NCBI GenBank assembly: GCA_002070905.1
Contig: MWEF01000003.1
Coordinates: forward strand, 11,216 to 75,215
Direction: 5' to 3'
Length of the DNA stretch: 64,000 nucleotides
DNA from: Tenericutes bacterium ADurb.Bin087
Lineage (GTDB): Bacteria > Bacillota_I > Bacilli_A > RFN20 > CAG-826
Part shown: one piece after another, positions 39,747 through 48,176 of the stretch
Layout of the letters: the number at the start of each line of letters is the position of its first letter
Position numbering within the stretch: the stretch's first letter is position 1
The notes under the pieces: generated by a model
What the model saw: only the letters and a program-made list of their open reading frames with translations
Database searches by the model: none
Told to the model about the DNA's origin: nothing
Position numbers and translations under genes: made by a program

Positions 39747-39775
39747 ATAATAGTTGATTTGTTTAAATAATGCAA
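39747..39775 (-). promoter_or_regulatory. Candidate promoter of the rimP-nusA-infB operon
   Basis: The minus strand reads TTGCAT (39775..39770), 17-nt spacer, TATTAT (39752..39747). Confidence 0.4.
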
Positions 39776-39951
39776 CTAAAAAGTGTCAAAACAGTGCAAA
39801 ACTCACTATTAATCCATATTTTTAACTTAATAAGCGATGATTATCCAGCCACTATTTAGAACTTTTTTTATATGTAGAATAAAAGCATCGTATTGGTTGT
39901 AAGAAAATACCAACTCATAACTTCACTTAATTTGCGGAATAAGACAATTGA

Positions 39952-41688
39952 TTAAACTTTCCGCCGTTTAATAAAGAATATAATAATACCCGCTACTAAT
40001 CCAGCGCTCAATACACCACCACCGACAATCGCAACAACCTTAAGTGCATTACCATCGTTATTTTCCACAACTGGTGGTTCACTACTTGTTGTCGGAAGTG
40101 AGATAGGTCCTGTGTCTTCACTATTTGGTGGTAGCGCCTCTTCTTCAATAACTTCGACGCCACTGCTTATCACAAGCGGGAGATTACGTTCGTCGTAGAC
40201 GTAAACTGGCTCTCCCATCTTTACATAATTCATGCTACCGCTATTAAGATAACCGTTATACCAGTTATAACGCACTTTAGTAATGTCATCTAATGTCGTA
40301 AATACTTTAATTTTGCCGTCAATTACACGAGCGCCTGCTTCTTTCCAGCGATAATTACTATAGACTTCAAAACCTGTAATATCATCAGCGGCATGCCAGA
40401 CATCATTTTCATTTGTGGTCACAAGCGTAATAACTTTGTATTCACCTTGTTTCTCATATGTTGTACTTATAATTTCACACGCAATGCCGTAAGGTATATT
40501 TTGATTAAGCATGCTGCTAGGCGGCATATCATTAGCGAATGCTAATGTACCAGCAACTCTTTGTCCTAAAAGCCACTTATCAGTCGGATGAATATCATCA
40601 TATTGATTTAAGTCACCTGTATCAGCGCCAGGAATTGTGTAAACTTCACTAAACATAGTCATAAATTGCCACTGGGCTTCACGCATATATGATATTTCAG
40701 TCCAGCTATTATATTGCGAAAGTTGTTGCACAATAACGGGTAAATCTGCGTCACTAAAAATAGTCCGATATAAATTTAAAAATAACGCAAAGGCCACTTT
40801 ATAATCACTAACCATTCGCGGCTCACTATTATTCTCCCCTTGGTACCAAAGCAATGAATTAACAGTATAACCCGCTAAATTGTGGATATAAGCATTATAA
40901 AAACGACAATTGCGATTGCCAGCATAGGAATTGACTTGGGCGACACTTGCACTATCGAGCCACTCTTCAATATACGTCCCGCCAATTGCGGCAATTAATA
41001 GTCCAACTGGAACTTCGTCACCGACAACTGAAGAATAATTACTCGCCGCAGCAAGGGCGTAAGCTGATGTCTTGCGAATTGCTTCATAGTTATTAGCGAG
41101 CACCTTCCACTCTCGACCCAGCGTTTCACTATAAATTGTTGGTGTACTTTTTTCTAAATACACTGCGGAAGCATCATACACTCTTATATTTTGGTAATTA
41201 GAAAGTGACATATATTCACTTTGCATACTTGGTCTTTTAGCGACAAAGTATTCTAATTTAAACTCCATATTTGATTGTCCTGAACAAAGTAAAACATCAC
41301 CCACTACAACATTAGAAAATGTAATTTCTTGTGTTTTATAAGTAATTTTTAAATCTTGACCCACTTTATTTTCACGCATTGGATCTAAATAAACTGCCCA
41401 CCCACCTTCGGCAACAACACCAGCTTTAGTTTGATCATTAAACGTAACACTTACAACATCACCAACACTCCCACCATATCCAAAGATTTTTACTTGTTTA
41501 TTACGTTGTAAGACCATATTATTGCTAAAAGTTGTGTTAACCCAAACTTCGCCTGCGCTTCTTTCAGGCACAACTTCCGTTTTAAGTTGCGCTTTAGCGG
41601 GTGGCACTATTAATACTTTGCTATTAGTAAATAATGCAAAACTTGACAAAATAAGGAATGAGAATATTGCATATCGTGCTTTTTTCAT
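39952..41688 (-). CDS. Secreted SGNH/sialate O-acetylesterase-family (SASA/DUF303) carbohydrate esterase with C-terminal membrane anchor
   Basis: 578 aa with a signal peptide. CSGQSNMEF and LLWYQGENN motifs. A Pro/Ser linker precedes the C-terminal TM helix plus KRRKV. GGAGG SD. Confidence 0.8.
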   Translation of the reverse strand: MKKARYAIFSFLILSSFALFTNSKVLIVPPAKAQLKTEVVPERSAGEVWVNTTFSNNMVLQRNKQVKIFGYGGSVGDVVSVTFNDQTKAGVVAEGGWAVYLDPMRENKVGQDLKITYKTQEITFSNVVVGDVLLCSGQSNMEFKLEYFVAKRPSMQSEYMSLSNYQNIRVYDASAVYLEKSTPTIYSETLGREWKVLANNYEAIRKTSAYALAAASNYSSVVGDEVPVGLLIAAIGGTYIEEWLDSASVAQVNSYAGNRNCRFYNAYIHNLAGYTVNSLLWYQGENNSEPRMVSDYKVAFALFLNLYRTIFSDADLPVIVQQLSQYNSWTEISYMREAQWQFMTMFSEVYTIPGADTGDLNQYDDIHPTDKWLLGQRVAGTLAFANDMPPSSMLNQNIPYGIACEIISTTYEKQGEYKVITLVTTNENDVWHAADDITGFEVYSNYRWKEAGARVIDGKIKVFTTLDDITKVRYNWYNGYLNSGSMNYVKMGEPVYVYDERNLPLVISSGVEVIEEEALPPNSEDTGPISLPTTSSEPPVVENNDGNALKVVAIVGGGVLSAGLVAGIIIFFIKRRKV

Positions 41689-41970
41689 ATAAGCCTCCTT
41701 TTTGCATCGCCCATTTATGTGGAAATTATAATATTTTTATATATTCGCCATTTTTATTATATAAAATGACTATGTCGTAAGCAATTGCAAATAGTGATGA
41801 GTTTATTGCAAATATCACAATCTAAACATACCACGAAATGGTCATTTTAATTAATCTTTTTGTTTAGATTACATTATTATTTCGACCAAAGCCCAATCAT
41901 AGTAGTTTTACACTAGCTCTTTTTATTAGCAATTATTATTGAATTAAATGATAAACGAAGGACCATAAAA

Positions 41971-41995
41971 GAAAAAGCGCGTATTATGCGCCTTT
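41971..41995 (-). terminator. Candidate terminator after tRNA-Thr
   Basis: The minus strand reads AAGGCGC-ATAATAC-GCGCTTT followed by a T-run. Confidence 0.5.
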
Positions 41996-42004
41996 ATCTT
42001 ATAA

Positions 42005-42078
42005 TGGTGCCCCCTGCCAGAATCGAACTAGCGACTGATCCTTACCATGGATCTGTTATGCCATTTAACTAAGGGGGC
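42005..42078 (-). tRNA. tRNA-Thr (anticodon GGU), CCA encoded
   Basis: The reverse complement is GCCCCCTTAGTTAAATGGCATAACAGATCCATGGTAAGGATCAGTCGCTAGTTCGATTCTGGCAGGGGGCACCA. It folds as a 74-nt cloverleaf with a 7-bp acceptor stem, anticodon loop AUGGUAA and T-loop TTCGATT. Confidence 0.93.
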
Positions 42079-42087
42079 GTCTAGTGA

Positions 42088-42116
42088 ATTATAGTATATA
42101 ACTTTTAATATTTCAA
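42088..42116 (-). promoter_or_regulatory. Candidate promoter of tRNA-Thr
   Basis: The minus strand reads TTGAAA (42116..42111), 17-nt spacer, TATAAT (42093..42088). The tRNA 5' end lies 9 nt downstream of the -10. Confidence 0.55.
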
Positions 42117-42167
42117 TGAATTTAATATTTACGCTTTAATTTGCCTAAATGCCTTAAATTTTAGACT

Positions 42168-42198
42168 ATAAAAAAACGATGAGACGGGCTCATCGTTT
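42168..42198 (-). terminator. Rho-independent terminator after the endonuclease gene
   Basis: The minus strand reads AAACGATGAG-CCCGT-CTCATCGTTT followed by T-rich sequence. Confidence 0.75.
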
Positions 42199-42218
42199 AG
42201 TTAAATTAGTGATTGTTA

Positions 42219-43244
42219 TTAATAAATACCAGCGCATAGCTTGCGAGCGGCACGATTAGTGTCACCCCAAATATAACACGATAAGTTCCGATTATCGATA
42301 AATGGATTACGAATCTTTTGATATTGTTCAATTCCTAATTGGCGTTGACCATCACGTTCGACTGTAGGCGCCCATTCTTGGTCCCAGCGAATCATATCGG
42401 CAATTTGGAAGTTTTCACTAATGCTGCACCGATCAGGATACATAAGGACCATATACATTTGGGCCCGAGCAATTTCACCACGAACGATTGGTGTTGGTGA
42501 ATAACCATAATGCACAATCGCGTCCACTAATTCACCAGCGGTATTACGTGATAAATATGGGAACCAGCGTTCAGGATCTTCAGCGTAATTCCACTCAATG
42601 TAAGAGTGATTGCTTTTATGTTCGTTTAAATCAGCATCACATGCGAATAAATTAGCGATATCACTTGAAATATTTTTAACGTTACCGCTTGCGCGTAAAC
42701 TATCATCCCCGTCGGCAAGTTTTGATTGGGGAAAGACGTGTTCGCGGTTCCAGCGACCATAGTTATAACCAGCGTGCGGATGACTACGTAAGTCATAAAC
42801 TGACAAGACGTTCCCTGCCTTATTTGGATCAGCATCCATCACGCGAATCGCGTCGTACGCAACGTTATATGTCACCCGATTATCTAAAACGCCAGGCACA
42901 TAAAACTTTGACCACATGTAATCAGCAATTGCTTGACGTAGTGCTTCACCACGCAAACTAAAGTCAATTGTCGCCCAAAAATCACCAGTGTAGGCAGGAA
43001 GTGGTTCAAAGTTCCAAATTTCAGCAGGGCGTAACACTGGTTCAGGTTCAACCCATGGTGAAGACTCTTCCGTGCTTGACTCTACTTCACTTGAAACTTC
43101 ACTAGCAATGCTTGTGACTTCGCTAATGTCACTAACACTTGGAATTTCCGATTCTGGCACGTCACTAACTGATGGTGTTGGTGGATCACAAGATGCTAAA
43201 AGTGTAACTCCGATAAGTGCAAGCAATAATCGACGTATTTTCAT
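42219..43244 (-). CDS. Endonuclease I-family extracellular nuclease, lipoprotein
   Basis: Start trimmed to ATG 43244 (MKIRRLLLALIGVTLLASC lipobox). A Ser/Glu-rich linker follows. NREHVFPQS and the NPFIDN region are typical of Endonuclease_1. Confidence 0.83.
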   Translation of the reverse strand: MKIRRLLLALIGVTLLASCDPPTPSVSDVPESEIPSVSDISEVTSIASEVSSEVESSTEESSPWVEPEPVLRPAEIWNFEPLPAYTGDFWATIDFSLRGEALRQAIADYMWSKFYVPGVLDNRVTYNVAYDAIRVMDADPNKAGNVLSVYDLRSHPHAGYNYGRWNREHVFPQSKLADGDDSLRASGNVKNISSDIANLFACDADLNEHKSNHSYIEWNYAEDPERWFPYLSRNTAGELVDAIVHYGYSPTPIVRGEIARAQMYMVLMYPDRCSISENFQIADMIRWDQEWAPTVERDGQRQLGIEQYQKIRNPFIDNRNLSCYIWGDTNRAARKLCAGIY

Positions 43245-43310
43245 ATTAAAAGACCTCATTTCTTATGTGATTTAATTATAGCAAAGTGGTCTTTTTTTGT
43301 AAATTAAAGC

Positions 43311-45428
43311 CTAGGCGAATGGCGAGATGCTAACTTCGTTATTACTCACTGTTAAGCGATACGTAATACTACTATCAATATTGCCTTTAACAATTTCTTC
43401 GGCAATAAATGTTTCTAAACTCTTTTGAATAAAGCGTTTTAAAGGGCGCGCCCCAAATTCGGGAGCGTAAGCATTATCAATCACGAAGTCGACAATCTTC
43501 TCATCATAAATTAACTTAAAGTTATTTTTAGCTACATGAGCGATTAATTCATCAAGCATCTTACGCGTAATTTGCCGTTGTGTATCTTTACTAAGTGGTA
43601 AGAAATAGACAATTTCATCAATACGATTTAAAAACTCAGGTTTAAATGTCATTTTTACTAAGTCATCAATCTTTGATGTTTGATTTTTGAGGAAAAATTC
43701 ACTCCCTAAATTACTCGTCATAATAATAACGGTATTTTTAAAGTTAACAACCCGCCCTTGTGAATCCGTTAAACGTCCGTCATCAAGCAGTTGTAATAGC
43801 AAGTTAAAGACTTCAGGATGCGCCTTTTCAATTTCATCAAAGAGAATAATGGAATAAGGACTGCGGCGCACGGCCTCCGTTAATTGCCCTCCTTCGTCAT
43901 AACCAACGTAGCCCGGCGGGGCGCCAATGAGGCGTGACACAGAAAATTTCTCCATATATTCACTCATATCAATCCGCACAATATGCCGTTCATCATCAAA
44001 AAGGGCATACGCTAAACTTTTAGCCACTTCGGTTTTTCCAACCCCCGTTGGACCAAGAAATAAGAAACTACCAATCGGCCGATTTGGATTATTTAAACCT
44101 GCACGTTGCCGTAAGATGGCATCACTCACTAAACGTAAGGCCACATCTTGGCCTAAAACGCGTTTTTTAAGTTCATCAAAGAGCGATAAAATCTTTTCTT
44201 TTTCGCTTTCCATGATCCGTTTTAAAGGAATTCCCGTCGCGCGTGCCACAACAGCGGCAATCTCGTTTTCCGTCACCGTTTCTTTTAAAACTTTGTTATC
44301 TTTTGTTTCTTTCGTTAATGCTTCAATTTTTGCTTCAAGTTCTGGAATAACTTTATATTGTAGTGTAGAAGCTTCTTCATATTTGCCACTATTAAAGGCA
44401 ACACTTAAGTTAAAGCGCGCTTGTTCAAGTTCTTTTTTCGCTTTACCAAGCACATTTAATTCATCTAATTCATGTTGCCATTCTTGACTAAAGGCTTCAT
44501 CTTCTTTTTTGAGGTTTTCGAGTTCTTCATTTACTTTCTCAAGCCGAACTTTGCTTAAGTCATCACTTTCTTTACTAAGCGCAACGCGTTCAATTTCTAG
44601 TTGACGCATCTTCCGTCTAATTTCATCAAGTTCAGCCGGCAAACTTTCAACTTCAACACGAATTAAAGCACATGCTTCATCAACTAAGTCAAGCGCCTTA
44701 TCAGGTAAAAAGCGCTCCGTAATATAACGGTCACTAAGTACTGCCGCACTAACGAGCGCATTATCACTAATCTTCACACCGTGATGGGCTTCATAACGGG
44801 CTTTTAATCCACGTAAAATCGAAATTGTATCTTCCAGCGTTGGTTCTTGAACAATCAGTGGTTGAAAACGTCGTTCTAACGCACGATCTTTTTCAATATA
44901 AGTCCGATATTCATCAAGTGTTGTCGCCCCAATCGTATGAATTTCTCCGCGCGCTAACATCGGTTTAAGCATATTACCAGCGTCAATTGCCCCTTCAGCT
45001 TTCCCGGCACCAACAATTAAATGAATCTCATCAATAAATAAAATAATTTGATGATTACTTTCTTTGATCTTCTTTAAAATTGCTTTGAGTCGTTCTTCAA
45101 ATTCCCCGCGGAACTTGGCGCCCGCGACAAGCGCGCCCATATCTAATTCATAGATTTTTTTATCGGCCAGATTTTGTGGGACATCACCCGCCACAATCCG
45201 CTGCGCGAGTCCTTCAATAATCGCCGTCTTCCCGACACCAGGTTCACCAAGTAAAATGACATTATTTTTTTGCTTACGCGCTAAAATTTCAATAATGCGT
45301 CGTATTTCACTATCGCGCCCAATTACTGGGTCACTTTTATTAAGTTTAGCGTCTTCATCTAAAAACCGCCCAAACTTCTCTAAAATCTTTTCATCTTGAT
45401 CATAATTTGGAAAAGGATTAAAATTCAT
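43311..45428 (-). CDS. clpB: Chaperone disaggregase ClpB lacking the N-terminal domain
   Basis: 705 aa. It begins near the NBD1 entry (DPVIGRDSEIRRIIEIL...GEPGVGKTA), then the middle coiled-coil and NBD2 (GPTGVGKTE). Confidence 0.95.
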   Translation of the reverse strand: MNFNPFPNYDQDEKILEKFGRFLDEDAKLNKSDPVIGRDSEIRRIIEILARKQKNNVILLGEPGVGKTAIIEGLAQRIVAGDVPQNLADKKIYELDMGALVAGAKFRGEFEERLKAILKKIKESNHQIILFIDEIHLIVGAGKAEGAIDAGNMLKPMLARGEIHTIGATTLDEYRTYIEKDRALERRFQPLIVQEPTLEDTISILRGLKARYEAHHGVKISDNALVSAAVLSDRYITERFLPDKALDLVDEACALIRVEVESLPAELDEIRRKMRQLEIERVALSKESDDLSKVRLEKVNEELENLKKEDEAFSQEWQHELDELNVLGKAKKELEQARFNLSVAFNSGKYEEASTLQYKVIPELEAKIEALTKETKDNKVLKETVTENEIAAVVARATGIPLKRIMESEKEKILSLFDELKKRVLGQDVALRLVSDAILRQRAGLNNPNRPIGSFLFLGPTGVGKTEVAKSLAYALFDDERHIVRIDMSEYMEKFSVSRLIGAPPGYVGYDEGGQLTEAVRRSPYSIILFDEIEKAHPEVFNLLLQLLDDGRLTDSQGRVVNFKNTVIIMTSNLGSEFFLKNQTSKIDDLVKMTFKPEFLNRIDEIVYFLPLSKDTQRQITRKMLDELIAHVAKNNFKLIYDEKIVDFVIDNAYAPEFGARPLKRFIQKSLETFIAEEIVKGNIDSSITYRLTVSNNEVSISPFA

Positions 45429-45441
45429 AACATAGACCTCC

Positions 45442-45468
45442 TTAGCACTTTAAATGTTTGAGTGCTAA
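45442..45468 (-). promoter_or_regulatory. CIRCE operator 1 (HrcA site) in the clpB 5' UTR
   Basis: TTAGCACTT-N9-GAGTGCTAA against the consensus TTAGCACTC-N9-GAGTGCTAA. It lies immediately upstream of the GGAGG SD. Confidence 0.9.
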
Positions 45469-45472
45469 ATCT

Positions 45473-45500
45473 ATTATATATGAAAATTAGCACTTGTCAA
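45473..45500 (-). promoter_or_regulatory. clpB sigma-A promoter
   Basis: The minus strand reads TTGACA (45500..45495), 16-nt spacer, TATAAT (45478..45473). The -35 lies inside CIRCE-2. Confidence 0.6.
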
Positions 45501-45513
45501 CCAAGAGTGCTAT
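45487..45513 (-). promoter_or_regulatory. CIRCE operator 2 overlapping the clpB -35
   Basis: TTAGCACTT-N9-GAGTGCTAT, one additional mismatch to the consensus. Confidence 0.8.
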
Positions 45514-45539
45514 TATTTTACTAATATTTTTAATATTAA

Positions 45540-46562
45540 CTAATCTAAGTTAAGTTTACTCGCCTTTAAAATGCGCACAATTTTATCATCATTTGGGCGG
45601 AAAATAACATATTGCGTCGCATAGCGAAGCACATCAACATAATTACCTTTCGCATAATGATTAATAATTAAAGGTCTAATTGTATCAAAGGCAATTTCAC
45701 TAGGATATGGTTTTATTTTAGAATAGGCGAACAGTTTTTTAATTTGTGCCCGACTTAATTCATATGGCGCATCTTTTTTTAGTGCTGTGAGCACACTTGT
45801 AATTTCTTCATTAAAACGTGCGGGAGTTTCCCCATCTTGATAAACGATCGATTGATAATAAAAAGCGTAAGCTTCTTGGAATTTACCATCTAAATAAAGC
45901 GCATACCCAGCATAACGTAGTGCGGCACTAATATTTGGTGCACTGTATGTGATTTGTAAGTACCACATTGCTAACCTCAATAAATCTTGTGCACGGCCAT
46001 CATATTTTAATCCTTCTAATATTTTAAGAATTGGTTTAGGATTAAAAGGATTCCATTGGTGCGCCTTAGAATACATGACAAAAGCCTTCGTATAATCCGC
46101 CATTTTTTCGTAAATCACGCCTTGCATATAATATATTTGATGGAATGGGTAAGTTACTAAAATATCTTCAACACTGGCATTTGCCATCTTTGTGTATAAT
46201 GCTTTTTCATATTCCAAGACGAAATTATACAGCGGTTTGCGCGTTGCTTTTTCATCAACCTTCCGCGCATAACCATCCGTGTATTTAATAAGCGCATTCC
46301 CAATTTCAACGCGGCGCGCTAAATCGATTTTTTCTTCACCCATTAAATATAAACAAACAGGGACTAAAACTTCGGGATTAACACGAATTTCGTTAAAGAT
46401 TGTACGACTATCTTTGCCAAGGAACGTTGCCGCTAAAACGAGTATTTCGGCTTCTGTTTTATCTTTCGTAAAGTTTTCAATGATGTAATTGAAAATATTA
46501 TGGCGATCAAGATCGTTATCACCAGTTAAATTAATCCAGTTGTATTTGCTATTCGTTCCCAT
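45540..46562 (-). CDS. Hypothetical TPR-like repeat protein
   Basis: 340 aa with helical-repeat signatures (MADYTKAFVMYSKAHQWNP, GKFQEAYAFYYQSIVY). No enzymatic motif recognised. Confidence 0.65.
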   Translation of the reverse strand: MGTNSKYNWINLTGDNDLDRHNIFNYIIENFTKDKTEAEILVLAATFLGKDSRTIFNEIRVNPEVLVPVCLYLMGEEKIDLARRVEIGNALIKYTDGYARKVDEKATRKPLYNFVLEYEKALYTKMANASVEDILVTYPFHQIYYMQGVIYEKMADYTKAFVMYSKAHQWNPFNPKPILKILEGLKYDGRAQDLLRLAMWYLQITYSAPNISAALRYAGYALYLDGKFQEAYAFYYQSIVYQDGETPARFNEEITSVLTALKKDAPYELSRAQIKKLFAYSKIKPYPSEIAFDTIRPLIINHYAKGNYVDVLRYATQYVIFRPNDDKIVRILKASKLNLD

Positions 46563-46576
46563 ACTTCAATATTAAC

Positions 46577-46602
46577 AAAAAAGTGGCATGCTCGCCACTT
46601 TT
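46577..46602 (-). terminator. Rho-independent terminator after galT
   Basis: The minus strand reads AAGTGGC-GAGCAT-GCCACTT followed by T6. Confidence 0.7.
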
Positions 46603-46628
46603 AACACTTTAATTCAAGCAATTCTTTA

Positions 46629-48140
46629 TTAAAGTTCAAGAAACTTAATAAAGGCAGCTCGGCCAGCATCATCATTTTTAAAGCATGCGGTATTTTGTAA
46701 AATGTTTTCACATACACTAGTCATATAATCACGAGCATACTTTTCAAATTCGTTTGGTTTGATTTTACTGAGCATTAATTCCTTAATAAATGTAGCGTGT
46801 TTGGCGATCGTTGGATATTCACTTAGCATTTCCGCGCCAGTGACACCTGCTTTATATAATTCTTCAATTAAACCAAATTCACTTTTTAAGCGCGCTGGTA
46901 AAATAAATGTTCCCATTTGCTCAATGAGCCCAATCCCTTCTTTTTTAATGTTGTGGTATTCAGGATGGGCATGGAAGATACCAGCAGGATACTTCTCATC
47001 GGTACGGTTATTACGTAAAATTAAGTACATAATGTATTTACGTTTTTCTTTAACGACAATTGGGGTTACTGCTGCATGGCGTTCATTACAGGTGGCAGGG
47101 ATAATCCCTAATTCTTCATTAGTGTATTCTAACCAGTTACCAGTAATTTCAGCGGCTTTTTGCAAGAGTAAACTCTTCGTTCGCGATTCTAATTTAACAA
47201 CATTACTATCCCATTCAAGAATACTAACTTTTAGTTTACGATCATGTTTATGCTTTAATACATAGCGATCTTTCGCGCTAAACATTGGCATAACTTTGGC
47301 CCCACCTTGGAAGTGCTCATGGTTTAAAATTGAGCCACCGACGATTGGAATATCACTGTTGCTACCAATAAATAAATCTGGGAACTGATCAACAAAAGCC
47401 ACAAGTTTTGCAAAGATGCGTGGGGTTATCGTCATTGGGTTATGATCTTTACTAATGACGATGATATGGTCTTTATAATACACAAAAGGAGAGAATTGTA
47501 AATACCATTCTTCTTTATCAAGCATTAATGGTACCGCTCGTAAATTTTGGCGGGGCGGAGTACTTTCATTGCCACCAAAGCCGACATTTTCTAAACAAAG
47601 CGGACAGCTTGGATATTTGTCATCTGGCTTTTCTTTTAATAATTTAGCGGTTTCTTTGTTATCCTTCTCGGGTTTTGCTAAATTAATGGTCATTTCAAAA
47701 TATTTACCATCAAGGTCAGCTCGCCACCGAATATTTTCCGCAACTTTTGCTTCTTGAATATAGTTATTAGCGATGCTTAAATCATATAAATATTTAATTG
47801 CTTTGTTGCTATCTTTTTTATGAATTTCGGCAAAACGATAATTAACAACACTCGGAATTGGTGTCATCAACCCTAAAACATCAACAATAATTTCTTCTGG
47901 ATCGGTAAAGCTTAAATGTTGGGGTATACCTTTCGTGTCAATTAAATGTTGCATTTCATCAATTAATTGCTGCGGATTATTCATACTTTGAATTTCACTG
48001 ACGTTAATAACACCTTTATATGGTTTTTTAAGTCCAAATTTATTTAATAAGACGTTACGGTAATAATTAACATCTTCACTATTAAGTTCGAGTTTAAGTT
48101 CACCATACGCTAGGAGTTTTTCTACTAAGATTTCTACCAT
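46629..48140 (-). CDS. galT: UDP-glucose--hexose-1-phosphate uridylyltransferase (type 2, Gram-positive form)
   Basis: 503 aa. The CPLC and HEHFQGG motifs and the length are typical of type-2 GalT. Confidence 0.9.
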   Translation of the reverse strand: MVEILVEKLLAYGELKLELNSEDVNYYRNVLLNKFGLKKPYKGVINVSEIQSMNNPQQLIDEMQHLIDTKGIPQHLSFTDPEEIIVDVLGLMTPIPSVVNYRFAEIHKKDSNKAIKYLYDLSIANNYIQEAKVAENIRWRADLDGKYFEMTINLAKPEKDNKETAKLLKEKPDDKYPSCPLCLENVGFGGNESTPPRQNLRAVPLMLDKEEWYLQFSPFVYYKDHIIVISKDHNPMTITPRIFAKLVAFVDQFPDLFIGSNSDIPIVGGSILNHEHFQGGAKVMPMFSAKDRYVLKHKHDRKLKVSILEWDSNVVKLESRTKSLLLQKAAEITGNWLEYTNEELGIIPATCNERHAAVTPIVVKEKRKYIMYLILRNNRTDEKYPAGIFHAHPEYHNIKKEGIGLIEQMGTFILPARLKSEFGLIEELYKAGVTGAEMLSEYPTIAKHATFIKELMLSKIKPNEFEKYARDYMTSVCENILQNTACFKNDDAGRAAFIKFLEL

Positions 48141-48176
48141 AATAAATACCTCGATTCCTTCCTATTATCGCAAATA

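Noticed and set aside
43927-44487. 186-aa plus-strand ORF inside clpB
   Set aside because: It is antisense to the conserved ClpB middle domain/NBD2. It is a Ser/Lys-rich shadow ORF with no independent signals.
46759-47265. 168-aa plus-strand ORF inside galT
   Set aside because: It is an antisense shadow of galT, with no SD or promoter and no recognisable motifs.
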